The position numbers and the translations under genes were made by a program. This document shows, one piece after another, positions 38,491-50,824 of a stretch of DNA of 64,000 bases. Location: assembly GCF_036321535.1 (NCBI RefSeq), contig NC_087437.1:7254001-7318000 (forward strand), written 5' to 3'. The notes beneath the pieces were generated by a model. The model saw only the letters and a program-made list of their open reading frames with translations. It was not told the origin of the DNA and made no database searches. How positions within the stretch are numbered: position 1 is the first letter of the stretch; each line of letters starts with the position of its first letter. This stretch comes from Camelus dromedarius. Taxonomy: Eukaryota.

Positions 38491-38598
38491 CCAGGTTGAC
38501 CAGAAGGCCAGTTGGTGCCAGGTTGACCAGAAGGCCAGTTGGTGCCAGGTTGACCAGAAGGCTAGTTGGTGCCAGGTTGACTGGAAGGCCAGTTGATG
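38491..38598. repeat. Minisatellite, 4 x 27 bp (ccaggttgaccagaaggccagttggtg)
   Basis: Units start at 38491, 38518, 38545 and 38572; units 1 and 2 identical, unit 3 has one change, unit 4 three. Confidence 0.95.
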
Positions 38599-39180
38599 GC
38601 ATGCTAAGGCACCAAGGAATGCATTTAAGGATTCCTCCAGAAACAGTGATCTTGCTGCTTTGGAATTGCACTCCTGCATATTGCTCAAGAGCCTGGACTT
38701 TGGAGGCTCTATCTTGAGACTAAGATCCATATTGAACTCTTCCATTTATCACTGGCACCATCTTTAATCTCCTTCATCCTGCTCCCTTATATGCAAAATC
38801 ACAATAATTATACCTAACTGAAAAGAGCCCTCCTGAGGGAAACATGAGAGTAAGGAAATTAGTAAAGTGGCCTGGCAGGCAGTAAGCACACAGTAAATGT
38901 TAGCTCTTTCTCCTCTTCATAAGCCACATGTCTTTCTCAGGGTTGCAAAGTTTAATAAGTTAGTAAGAAAATTAATGCTGGTTTTACACCCTAAATTTAA
39001 GAAATAATTCCTATGCAAAAGAAAACACACAGCACAAAATAACTAAGTAGAAAAGGTGAAAGGAACATAATTTCATTCATCAAATTCATTTCTCTCTATG
39101 TAACTTAAGGATCATTTGTCTATCCTGAAATCTTCCAGCATTATGGGCCCCCTCTTTTTCAGTTCCTTAAATAAAAATGG

Positions 39181-39241
39181 TTTGCTATACACCAGAAATT
39201 AATACATTATAAATCAACTAGACCTAAATTTAAAAAAAGAA
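39181..39241 (+). mobile_element. Very short LINE-1 3' terminus
   Basis: tttgctatacaccagaaattaatacattataaatcaacta plus A-tail. Confidence 0.7.
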
Positions 39242-39545
39242 AGCTTGGAACCATCCCACGGCTACTCATATCCATGGTGATTCTTGGACTCTGATCTGAT
39301 CGTTTCTCCTAAGTAATCCTTATCTTATTTCCCGCTTCTACTGAATTCTTCAAATTCTTCCCATTTCTCCAGTGGTTGGTCTCTTTTCTCTACCTAGATT
39401 TGACTTAAACCTCTTGTCCTAGCTCTCCTTAAAGCATCACTTATGCAAAGCAGATGCACAAAGATATGCAGAGAGTGCAACACAACCGTTAATTTAAAAT
39501 TATGTCCAACACATCCTTAATCTTATGAGTCATTACTTAAGCCCT

Positions 39546-39988
39546 GTGATGTGTTTTATGGGTCACTTTGGCTAGGCATAGTCCTCAGTTATTTGATCAA
39601 ATATTAGGTACTGTCATAAAGGTATTTTTGTAGATATGGCTAACAGTGACAACCAGTTGGATTTAAGTAAGTGAGACTTTCCTCAATAATGTAAGTGGGC
39701 CTCATCTACTCTGTTGAAAAGTCTTCAGGGTAAACCTGAGGTTTCCCAGAAGAAGGAGAGATTCTTACCTATGACTGCAGCATAAGCTCCCATCTAAGAG
39801 TTTTACCCCACATTTGGCCTGACTACCAGGCCTACCTCAAAATGACATAAGACAATTTCATGAAATCGATCAATCAGTTATTTATCAATCATCTATCTAT
39901 CTCTCTATTAACTATCTATCTATCTATTTATCATCTCTCCATCTAACCTACTTACTGCTTTTGCTTCTCTGAAAGACACTGACTACCA
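39546..39988 (+). mobile_element. MLT2-type (ERVL) solo LTR, MLT2D-like
   Basis: tgtgatgtgttttatgggtcactttggctagg...gtgggcctcatc...(tcta)n...ttctctgaaagacactgacta. Confidence 0.8.
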
Positions 39989-40859
39989 ATTCTGGCCCCA
40001 CTCCCACTTGAAATTCCCCACTCATCTTATTTTCTTCATAAAGCAGATTTTAGGGAAAAAAAAAACTGATGGCAATGTTCTGCACCACTTATTATTATGA
40101 ATAATATTGGCTACCATCTAGTCAGCACTAGTATGTGTCAGACAAGTCTTTGTGCCTGTAATACTATTCACCCACCTCTCTGTGGGCTGGCAGAACTTCA
40201 AGGTCATATCAATTTCAACCCAAAGATATAATTTTGAAGGGACCCTTGTCAGGATCCCCTACCCCAGAAAACACCCCCAAATGCACTGCTTCAGCGCTTG
40301 AAACTCTGCTTATTCCTTTGGCCAAAGGTCTTGTGGTACAGAATTCTTTACAGGAAACATGTGAAGAGGCCAATCATAAGTCAGCTGCTAGGACATCCAA
40401 TATTTTATCAAAATTTCAGGCAAAAAAACCAATGGCCCACATTTTGAATGAGTACCATCTTGAGAAGTATCCCCAGGGAGCAGACCTGGATGGAGTTTCC
40501 CAGCTGGGGGCCACTGGACACCTTCCAGATGTGGGAGAAAAAAAAACAGTATGAAAGAAGGTGGGAGGCTGCCAAAGGAAGCATCAACTCCTTCACACTT
40601 GAACTGGTTCCAATCACACCTGCTCCCTTTAGGGGACGCCTTTCCATTAAACAATGATTGTGACAAGTTGGCAGGCAGACTACGTTTGGATGCAGGTAGA
40701 GTATCAAAGGGAATTTTTTTCCTAAGAGCTATACCCTCTCCTTCACTGCAGAATATTTTCTCTGCTCCTTCCTTCTTTTTCCAGAGTCTCTTAGGAAGGG
40801 AAAGATGATGGTCTTCCAGGCTAAAGTTAGCTCCTCCAATTGTCCCTCTGACCTCATCA

Positions 40860-42110
40860 TCTTCTCTTGCTTTCTCGAGGATCTCTTTCCATCTGTCTTT
40901 CCTTTCTCTCTCTTTCCTTCAGTCTTGGGTCTTCCTCCTCCGGTCTACCTAAGTCTCCTCCATCTCGACAAAAACACTTGCCCACATCCTGCTGCCTCTT
41001 CTCTTGGCTCACTGTCAACTTTGTCTTTATTTTCTGTCTCCATTTCCTCACTGCCCTTAACTCAAAGCAGTGCAATTTTTGTCCCTCTCATATTAGAACT
41101 CTCCCAGAGTCCTTTAAGCCAGTGGTGAGAGGCAGTAGCCTCCTTCAGGTCTCATCCTCCTTGGCCTCTGTTTAGTGGTCAGCTCGCTGGTCACAGAGGA
41201 CTCGGCACCTGTTGTCACTTGGGCATCCTTGACAGTCCATTTGCTCAAAGATTCAGATCATACTTTTCTGTAATTATATTTAGTCAAACTATATCCCTCC
41301 ATTAAAAACTCTAGCTATTATCTCTAGCTAGGTAAGTCTCTCTACTGGTCTAGAACACTCTCCTGAGTTTCATTTCCACCAAAAAATTTCTGGTGGCCTC
41401 CTGGATATTCCTACATGTAAGTTTTTCTACCATATCAACCTTAGAGTATCCTCAAACAAAGGCTTTATCCATATTCACAAGCTAGTATCTCTCCCTTAGA
41501 TCCTTGGTTTTTCACCTAGATACTGGGGTTACAAATTTTGGACTTCCTCTGTCCATACCTACAAAATCATTTTGAGCCTTCCCTCACAATGACTTTTACA
41601 GCATATATTTTAATTTTAATTCCCCGTCACAATCTCTTCTCCAATCTTCAGCATTTAGATCTAAATTATAGTCCCCTCCTTTGTCTCGATCTCTCTGACA
41701 AATTGGTTCCAGAGAAATTATGTTTTAACACCATTTTTTTTTTTTGTCAGCTACTCTCTCCTCTATAAACAGTAGTTAAAGAATAAGGTCTAATTTCCTT
41801 CCCTTTATAGTCAGTCTCCTGCCCCATCCCATCCAAACCTTACTCTCTAAACTTCCATGTTACGGTGACCTGAATCATTGGGTGATGCGTCATTATCTTG
41901 CATTCCTGTCTGCAGATGTGATATTTTTACTTCTTCAGAACACTTTCTTCCTCTTCTTTTCTCTTGCTCATCCTTTGGTGCCCACCTCAAAATTTGACAC
42001 TTACTTGTCTTCTTTAGTTGCCAGTAAGTCCCATCTTTTTGAATTTCTGAAACGTTTAAAAGTACAAAAGTATCTTTATCTAAATGTATTTACCCAATGC
42101 CTTGCTGAGC
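40860..42110 (+). mobile_element. Degenerate LINE-2 region
   Basis: Pyrimidine-rich with L2-like motifs ctcatcctccttggcctctg and cctcctggatattcc. Confidence 0.5.
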
Positions 42111-42111
42111 A

Positions 42112-42542
42112 GACAAGTTTCTAGAAGCATTCAGTCCACCAAAACTGAATCAAGGAGAAATAGATAATTTGAACAGATTGATTACTAGAAGTGAAATAGA
42201 ATCTGTAATTTAAGAATTCCCTACAAACAAAAGTCCAGAACTGGATGGCTTCGCTGGGGAATTTTACCGAACATGCCTAGAAGAACTTATACTGATCCTT
42301 CTAAAACCCTTCCAAAAGACTGAAGAGGAGGGAACACTCCCAAATTCATTCTATGAAGTCACCATCACCCTAACTAAAAGCAGACAAAGATACTACCAAA
42401 AAAGAAAATTACAGGTCAATATCTTTGATGAATATAGATGCAAAAATTCTCAGCAAAATATTAGCAAACTGAATCCAACAGCACATAAAAATGATCATAA
42501 CACCACAATCAAGTTGGATTCATCCCAGCGTCACAAGGCTGG
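42112..42542 (+). mobile_element. Internal LINE-1 ORF2 fragment (Z domain to start of reverse transcriptase), inactivated
   Basis: Translates [51 protein letters not shown]...[12 protein letters not shown]...[30 protein letters not shown]...[11 protein letters not shown] with stops and frameshifts. Confidence 0.95.
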
Positions 42543-42671
42543 ACCTTAAACACTTTTAAAGACAGGGTCTAGTTCTCTGACTCTTAAATCCCTAATATCA
42601 AAGAGTATTTGTTGCTGTTGATGCCAAGAATCTTCGATAGTACTTTTTCCTACAACAAAAAGAGAACAGCA

Positions 42672-42905
42672 TTTCATAATGGTTAAAAGTGCAGGTATCT
42701 GACTCGAGAGAGACATAGGCGACTCTGTCACACATTAGCTGTGTGACCTTGGTCATGTTATTTCAGCTCGCTAGGCTCTATCTTAAAAATGCAGATAACC
42801 ATAGTACCTGCCTCAAATGGCTGTAAGAGTGAAAGAGATAATCCATGTAAAGTGTTCAGCCTACTGCCCGGCACACACTAAGAAGACAAAAAATGTTAGT
42901 TATTT
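42672..42905 (+). mobile_element. MIR SINE, near full length
   Basis: cataatggttaaaagtgcagg...ttagctgtgtgaccttgg...atagtacctgcctca...gataatccatgtaaagtgttcagc. Confidence 0.85.
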
Positions 42906-43680
42906 TGTAGTGGGCATTCAATGCATAGTGATGAAGGACTAAATTAGCATTGTATTGGTCGGTGAATTAGAAAATTATACACTTTATAATTTTAACATGT
43001 TCTCCAAGTCATGTTTCTACATTAGTTTATCAAAAACTTGAAAGACTAAAAGGAATTAAATGTGAATTGCTGGATTACTTTTCACCAGGCTTGGGCTGGA
43101 AACAGTCAATAATATTTATTGTGACTGTTGAGCGTACCACACTGTAGGAAGCTTATCGTGCTTTGGGGAATAAGTAGACCGACTGCATATTTCAGTAGAA
43201 AAGGCAGATTAGAAAAATTTAGAATCTTGACTTCGAAAATAATTAGGTTGCTGATTTAGGCAGTGGGTTGCTTTACCTCTGTGAGTTTTAGTTTTTTAGG
43301 CTTTCTGAAATGTAGCAAGAATTAAGTAAAAGAATACATTTAAAATATTTAAATGTTGTATTCTTTAAATAAAAATACTACACTATTGATGCCCTTACTT
43401 GCATATTTTATCTTTAAAAAGGGTTGTGAGTGATACAGTTTTTAATAGGTTTTAAACTATCCTCCCTGATTTCACTGTTTGAAAAATATATTTTCTTCTG
43501 TTTTCTCAAACTCTGAGTCTTTGTTTGCTTGGAACCTTTTTTTTTTCTGGCTAACCCAATATAAATGTATTGTATTGATTACTTAATATGTGCCAGGAAC
43601 TACACTAGGTATACACAAATGCCTAGGCAGTGTGATTGTCTCAAATATTACTAAAATGAACACAGGAAAAGGAGTAATTA

Positions 43681-44156
43681 AGCCAGACACAGAAAGGCAA
43701 ATACTGCAGGATCTCACTTGTATGTGAAATCTGAAATAGTCAAATTCATAAAAGCAGAGAGTCAAATGGTGATTGCTAGGTGCAGGGTGTGGGAGGAGGA
43801 AGTGAGGAGATACTGTCAAAGGGTAAAGTTTCAGTTACGCAAGATGAATGAGTTCTGGAGATCTAATGTACAGCATGGAGATGAAAGCTAATGTTGTATT
43901 GCAGATTTGACATTTGCTAAGAAGATAGATGTTAAATTAAATATTCTTGCTACATATACATACACACACAGACACACAATGGTAACTATGTGGAGGTGAT
44001 GGAAAAGTTATTCAGCTTGATTGTGATGACCTTTCCACAGTATATACACACAGCAAACCCTTAAATATATACAATGTTGTACACCTTAAATAGATATACC
44101 TTACCTAGATACAATGCTATGTGTCAAAGTTGTTTCAATGAAGTGGTTTAAAAAAG
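43681..44156 (+). mobile_element. L1MA-type (L1MA8/9-like) 3' end
   Basis: agccagacacagaaaggcaaatactgc...agttctggagatctaatgtacagcatgg...ggtaactatgtggaggtgatgg; TSD ggaaaagga[g/a]taatta at 43665-43680 and 44157-44172. Confidence 0.9.
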
Positions 44157-44401
44157 GGAAAAGGAATAATTAATTCTTCCTCTAGAGGGAAGTAGCAATA
44201 TTATGAAGCTTTAATATTTTTCCTGGACCTTAGAGGTTAAGTAGGAGTTTGCCAGATACACATGTGGGTGGGTATTTTTGGCAGTATTCACAGCATCACC
44301 AAGGGCAGAGCTACTTGAACGTGTTGTTGTACTTATGAATTTATGGATCACCTGCTATGATTACGGCATCGAGATGTGTGAGTGTGTGTGTGTGTTGGAA
44401 G

Positions 44402-44625
44402 CAGTTGTGTGCTGGTGTCAGCTCACACAAGCTCACCTCCTGAGCCAATTGTTCTCATCTCTTCCTGTCCTTGCATTCGCTAATATCATGTTGGTAGCTC
44501 ACATTCGGCCACTGTGGGAGTATTTACACCTGGGAAATTGGCAAACATTCCAGATCAAGGTTTGTTGTTACTGGTGGTGTTTTCCTTCAGAGGCTGAACG
44601 GTAAACATTCATCAGTGTTACAGCT
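44402..44625 (+). mobile_element. MER63A-like hAT fossil
   Basis: cagttgtgtgctgg...catgttggtagct...gtgggagtatttacacc...aaattggcaaac. Confidence 0.75.
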
Positions 44626-45369
44626 TGTAAGAAGTGGCAGTTTTGACAAGGTTAGTCTGAAAATTTACATAAGGTGATAGAGTGAATGGCTTGGCAAGAT
44701 AAGCGAAAGGTTTAAATTTTAAATAAGCTCCATCTGTAATGTATACTGAGAGGGGGCATTTTGTAGGCAAAACCTCTGAAGAAAAACAAAACTTTGTAAA
44801 GTGGTAACACAAATGTATCTAAACCTGATTTTGAGGGCAAATGATTATAAACTGGTGAAGAGATTGGCATTGGCAATGCTCAGGGTAAGAAGTAAAAACA
44901 TTTGGAAAGTACTAGACTGTTTTGTCAGTCAAAATAAAATGTTCTCTGCAGTTGTAAGAATTCTGAGAGTCATTTCTGCCATGTAAACATTTCTTGGTAC
45001 CGCTGACGTTTCCTGTTGACAATGCTTCATCTTTAAGGCAATAACAAGTCAACACTGAGTCTATAAAATTATTTTTAAAAAACCTTTTGTCCTTGTGTCC
45101 TTTTTAGAAAAAGTGACTGGTGGAGTCTTTCGTATGTAATAAGGAAATATACTAAAACGTAGACGTGGCAAATTGGAAAACATCCTTTAAACAGATGATC
45201 AATCACAGTTCTCTGGGGCTCGGTTGTTCTTGAAATGAAATAGTCAGTGAGGGCAAGCTCATTATGGAACTAATCTTGAATATGTTTTAACTATGTCATA
45301 CAATCTGAAAGGGGGACCAGGAATAAGGGAGATCAAAGAAGAAAGCAGAGACCACTCTATGCAGCAAAA

Positions 45370-45840
45370 TGATTACTAGTGTTAGCTGGGAGTTCTCATC
45401 TGAGGTCTCTCATGCAGCTGTTTTCAAGTGGTGGCTGGGGAGCCACCAGAGGCCTTCCTGGGCTCGGTGTCCACAGTGGCTCACTCAGGTGGGGGCTATT
45501 TGATGCTGGCTATGAGCTGAGAGCTCTTTGGGGCTGTTCACCAATTCTCCTATAATGACCTTTCCATGTCACTTAGGTTTTTCACATCAAGGCAGATGAA
45601 TGACAGTAGGGGTTGTCCCCAAAGCAAGTATTCTAAGAGGTCCAAGTACTGAAGTGTGTATCAGAAGCTGACAGCTTTCTAGTAATTCACTTTCTGAAGT
45701 CCTAAAATTGCTGCCCCACTAAGGCCAGCCCAGCTTCAAGGGGGTGGGAATTAAGCTCAAGCTGTTAATGTGAGGAGCAGAATGTCAGTAAAGCTGGGAG
45801 AGGACTAGGTGGGGCCATGTTTGGAGGCTGTCATAGACAC
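45370..45840. mobile_element. MLT1-type MaLR LTR fossil
   Basis: gtggctcactca...gatgctggctatgagctgagagctc...aaggccagcccagcttcaagggg. Confidence 0.7.
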
Positions 45841-45993
45841 CCTTGCACTCTTTGCAAATAAGTAGTATTTTCTTTCCTTTTCTAAAGGCATCTTCCTCTC
45901 AGTTTTTCTTTGACAATCGGGTTCTTCAGCTAAGTCTTAAGCTTTAAGTCACTGCCATTGTCAAGGACTGTGTAGTCTACAATTGTACCCTTC

Positions 45994-46416
45994 TGTCAAG
46001 CAAATGCCACTCTGCCGCAGTTGCGTGGATGTTGGTGGAAAACATGAAACACCTGGGTCAGAGACCAATAATAGCTTATTATTCCCAGCAATTGAAGTAA
46101 CCAGCCTATCAGCACATCTTCCTCTGCCTCCTCAAGCCCCAGTTCCTACAAGGAGACATGAAGAGGATCTGATGACGTCTAAACACATGGGCAGCTTGTT
46201 ACAGGAGAGAGAGCTTGAGTTTAGGGAACCTAGGTCTTTTGTACTGAGCAGTAAGTAAATCTGCCCTTTGCTCCAGAGGGAGATAGTCTCTCTTAGAATA
46301 AGTCTGTGAGCTACATAAATATCCCTGAAAGGACAGTCTGGAAAAAAAGAGAGTCAGTACCTCCCTTGTGAGACACACAGTAAGGAGAAAGATTGTGGAG
46401 AACAGTCATCCATCAG
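45994..46416. mobile_element. Old ERVL LTR (MER54/MER74-like, tentative)
   Basis: TG...CA-bounded block with cacctgggtcagagac and ctgccctttgctccagagggaga motifs. Confidence 0.55.
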
Positions 46417-47177
46417 CTACGTGCCAGTTAGCAGTCCTGGTAGGTGAGGACGCGAGGGGGAGATGCTGGACCACACAGTTAGAGCAAAGGAAGAAAGGCC
46501 TTCCATATTTGGGGGATTGCAAGAAGTTCAGCTGTAAAAAGAGCACCTGGAGAAGTAAAGGCAGGGAGAACAACCTTGGGGAAGTGTCCCGTGTGCTGGA
46601 GGCTTTGGATCTATTCTGGAGGCAATCCTAAATAGCTCACAGGGTTTTATGAAGGAGAAGACATGATCGCCAGCTTATTCTGATAGGCTCTGTGGAGGAT
46701 TTAAACACCCGGAGGAAACACTCATTTAGAAGGAATGTGGCTGAGGAAAGCCTGAGTCCAGACAGTGGAGAAAGGCTGGTACGGATGCCAGAAATCAAGG
46801 AGACAGACTTCACAGAGGTAGCCCGGACCACTGCCCACACCTCTGAGCACAGGGCTTTGCCATTGTCTGCTGTGTGTCTCCCCCACTAGCCTCTGAACTT
46901 CTCCAGGGCGAGGACACACCCTGTTTTTCCTTACATCCCCTATGTCTTGACTCAGTTTCATTTGATGGGTCGGTTGATATTTAGACTGCATCAAACGTAA
47001 GATAAGGCTTAGACTACATCAAAACATAGCGATCAGAGGCAAATAAAGGACTAGTCCTTATGGAACATCTATTCTAATGGAATAGACTGTTAACAAGGTA
47101 AAGAACAAATAAGCATATAGTATTAAACCAGAGGGCGGTAAGTTCCATACGGAAAAATAAAGCCAGACCCAGGATGA

Positions 47178-47226
47178 TGGCAGCGGGATGCTCCTGGCAG
47201 CGGGATGCTCCTGGCAGCGGGATGCT
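47178..47226. repeat. Tandem repeat, about 2.9 x 17 bp (tggcagcgggatgctcc)
   Basis: Units start at 47178, 47195 and 47212 and are identical over the aligned length. Confidence 0.95.
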
Positions 47227-47580
47227 ATTTTACATGGGTGCTCAGGAAAAGCACGTCTTTGAGGAAGTCATCTTAGGGCTTCTGTCACTTCTTTGCTAAA
47301 GGTGTGTATAGCAGGGGCTTATGATTATTTTGGACATACAGAGATCATCCAGAAGCCAGGCTGAGGTCTTCATGAATCTGCATAGAAGTGTCCAGCAGGA
47401 TTCATCCAGAAGCCAGCTCTGAGACAAAGATTTATTCTGGAGGTGATGTCAGGAAATACCAGCAGGCAAAGCAAACAATTAAGAGAGGGACATGAAAGTA
47501 CAAATGTTTGTGGGTAACTGGAGCAGAGTGCCCCTGGGGAACTCTGCGAGCCAGTGGAGAGCATGCACCTCAGAGGTAAC

Positions 47581-47974
47581 CAGGGGTGTGCAGGTAAATG
47601 TTTAGAAGCTGGTTCTCTGAGAATAAAAAGAGCCCCGATATAGTGTTTGAAAATTTCTTTGGGATAAATACTCCCACCGTGGCCTGTTTCAAGCTACCAG
47701 TGTGACATCACCAAGCGTGAACTTGGGGAAGAGGCCCAGTAGTACACCATCCACAAAGGGTACATGTAAATCACCACAAGAACACAGATACGAGTAAAAT
47801 CGAGCGAAATAATTAGGAAGTGATGCACTTGCATATTTATTACCTTTGTTTTTCATATAATTTGTTTAATTGAAATATATACACTTAAATTTTCGGCTAT
47901 GATCATACAACTAGCTTGTGAGAGTCCTAAAAATTTCACGGGAGCTCTTGCGAGCTGGTGAGAGTTGGCCCCGG
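47581..47974 (-). mobile_element. MER63-family hAT element nested in an older LTR16-like LTR (about 47385-48250)
   Basis: Termini caggggtgtgc...gcacaccactg; internal aaatactcccaccgtggcc is the reverse complement of the motif in 44402-44625. Confidence 0.75.
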
Positions 47975-49265
47975 CACACCACTGGGGCATCCCACTTGAG
48001 GGGCGAAGGAGCTGGGGTATTTCTCCATATCTGTTGATGGCTGCTTCTAAGGGGCTTGGTTCTCCTGCCCTTTGGGTTGTGTCCAGTGAGGGCAGAGCCA
48101 GCACTGGTACCAGAGGAAACCCTCAGAAGATGGCGTTGGCAAAGCCTGAGGGTTGGAGTGGGATACCAACAAGGTGGTCCACAAGTAGGTAGAAAAGATC
48201 CCGGGTCCTGGTGAGATGAAGGCAAGTGAGCTGAAAAAGTGGCCACACCTGTATTTGGGCTAGCAGAATTCTCAAGAGTGTAGGGTTCATCTTTAGGTTG
48301 GATCTTGTTGAGTGCTACCTGGTCTTACCTTTGCAGTAAAAGTTTAATATACACACACAGCAGCTGTGGCATGTTTGGGGGAATAAAAGAGTGGCAATTT
48401 CTTGGCAGACAGCAAGACAGGGAGAGAAGAGAAGCTGTATGGATGAGGACTGTGAACCTTGTTGGTGCTTAGAAACTGGGAGGAGCAGAGAATGTACTTA
48501 TCTTGACTTAGAAGTCAAGAGTGGCAGAGACACAAGGGAATGGGACTCTGAAGCAGCCATGCCAAACTACCCCTTGTCCTCAAACATTGCAGAAGATGGT
48601 CCTTGCAAGGGGTCTTGGTGAGATCTTGCTGTTCCATAGATGCCACCAAGGAGGCAAAATCCTGGGTACCACAGGCAATTTTAAGAGATGGAGAATTGGT
48701 GAGTCAAAAGCGTATTGAAGAATCCCGCAGTCAGCTTTTTCATTTTTACACATTTAAATATTCCAATTGCTATTGATATTTTAAATCTAATACATATATA
48801 CCCATATAATATGTATTCTATATATATTCAACACATATTTAGTGAGCTCTTCCTGTATACCAGGAACTCGACTGAAATTGTTGCCATTTCAAGGAAGTCA
48901 GCACAATCACTTTATCAACTAAGGATATTGCACCTTAGCTGCACTTAAAGAACAGAAAGACCTTCACTGGTTCAAAGCATGTTTCTATTCTGTTTGCTTG
49001 CCTTTCCCGGGGGGAATGCAAAAATAACTAGCCTTGCAGAACTGAGTGTGTGCCTGAAGGTATCACGGTCTCTATTACGGCCAGTTTCAGCTTTGAAAAT
49101 GTACCCTAGCCCTAAGCCAAACCACCGATCACGAGTCATGGTCCTATTTAATGTAAGGCTCCCCTATCTTCTCTGGAACAAGCTTTCTCCTCTTCACATA
49201 ACAAAGGAAATTAGGGGCATACAGAATCTCAGAGCTGGGTGGAGATTCAGAAACCACTGATTCTA

Positions 49266-49334
49266 ATATGTATGTACATATAAGTCTGAAATGGACACAA
49301 CATTGTAAGCTGACTATGACTTCAATTTTTAAAA
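49266..49334 (+). mobile_element. Very short LINE-1 3' terminus with TSD
   Basis: gacacaacattgtaagctgactatgacttcaa plus tail; flanks aaaccactgattcta (49251-49265) and aagccaccagttcta (49335-49349). Confidence 0.8.
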
Positions 49335-50460
49335 AAGCCACCAGTTCTAACTTTCATCTGTAGTTTTTCACAAGTCAGCTAGGTCTCTAGCTTTTCCTTT
49401 TAAGAAAGCTGGGAAAGCACCATGGTTGAAAAAGTGTGAGACTTGAAGATGAAGACCCACATTATCCTGCAACACTCTTGCTTAAAAATATTTTTTAAAC
49501 CAGTTTATTGATCACTTACTCCTCCAGGCCCTATTTTAAGAAATGAGACTATAACAGACCGTAACAGAAAAGTTTTTCTGGTGTCATGGAGCTTAGCTTA
49601 ATGTCTGATGCAGGAATAAAATACTACTACTAGAACTCATAAGTGAATGGATAAATAAGCAGGATAATTTTTAAATCATGAATGTGCTGCTGGAACAGAG
49701 ATGACTGCTCACTGAGAGCTGCCCCTATAGCTGTAAAGTGGCTGGACAGCCCTTGTCATTGGCTGTGTGGTCAAGGGCTCACGCTCCCCAAGGGCATCTA
49801 AGAGAAGACAGTGTGTGCCGTGTCCAGGCTGTCTCTCTTTCCCTCCCAGCAGCTGGAGGGAAGCCTTCGAGAAGGGCAGAGCCACCCTATGGAAGCATCC
49901 TGGGTCTCTGCATCATTGCAGGTAGAAGATTCACCCTTTAATCAGGAATACCCACCTTGGACTGTTTTATGTAAGAAATACACTTCCAATGTCTTTGAGC
50001 CATTCAATGTTGGGAGAGGTGGGTGGAGGTGGGGGGTCTATCAGCCAGCCTTCTCTACCCAATATAGCAATACAGCCCTGAAGAAAGTAAAACAGAATGA
50101 TAAGCAAGAGGACAACAGGAGGCTGAGTGGAGGGCAACCCGAGAGAAGAGTGGTGGAGGACTCGAGTGTCTCTGAGATGAGATGTGTATGCTCTATTATG
50201 AGATGTTACTACCTCCAGCCATGCTGAGTTCAGGGGAAGAGCATGTCAGGCAGTGGCAACATCAAGTGCAAAGTCCCTGAGGCAGGAAGGGGTTTAACTC
50301 GCTAGTGGCTCATGTGACTAGGGCAGCATGAGAAAGGGGGAGACATTTTGGAGATGAGGTCATGGAGGTAAGTAGGGGTGAGATCATGTAGAGCCTTCTA
50401 GGCCACAGAAATGTTTGGACTTTATCTCAAGTGTGATGGCAAACCATTGGGATGTTTTAT

Positions 50461-50602
50461 GGGTTTGTTGTTGTTATTGCTGTTTTTTGTGGGGGGAGGG
50501 AATCAGGTTTATTTATTTATTTAATGGAGGTTCTGAGGATTGAACCCAGGACCTCGTGCATGCTAAGCATGTGCTCTACCACTGAGCTGTAGCCCCACCC
50601 CT
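50461..50602 (-). mobile_element. Vic-1-like SINE, long form
   Basis: Minus strand agctcagtggtagagcacatgcttagcatgcacgaggtcctgggttcaatcc then aaataaacctgatt and tail. Confidence 0.92.
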
Positions 50603-50603
50603 A

Positions 50604-50721
50604 GTATTTTATTTAATTTAAATTTAATTTAATTAAACTTTTTAATAGAGGTACTGGGATTGAACCCAGCACCTTGTGCTTGCTAAGCACACGCTCTACC
50701 ATTGAGCTATAACCTCCCCCC
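50604..50721 (-). mobile_element. Vic-1-like SINE, short form, directly adjacent to the previous copy
   Basis: Minus strand ggggggaggttatagctcaatggtagagcgtgtgcttagcaagcacaaggtgctgggttcaatcccagtacctc plus AT-rich tail. Confidence 0.92.
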
Positions 50722-50824
50722 AGAATGTGTTAATGGATATGAAATGAGATTAGGAATGGATTTTTTTATTTGCTGCGTTGAAAATGGGTTATCCCAGGGT
50801 CCAACAAAAATGAGATTTCCTTTT

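Noticed and set aside
38436..38745. Repetitive ORFs on both strands and a CRISPR-like appearance
   Set aside because: Units are contiguous with no spacers, and the ORFs stay open only because the 27-bp unit is a stop-free multiple of 3.
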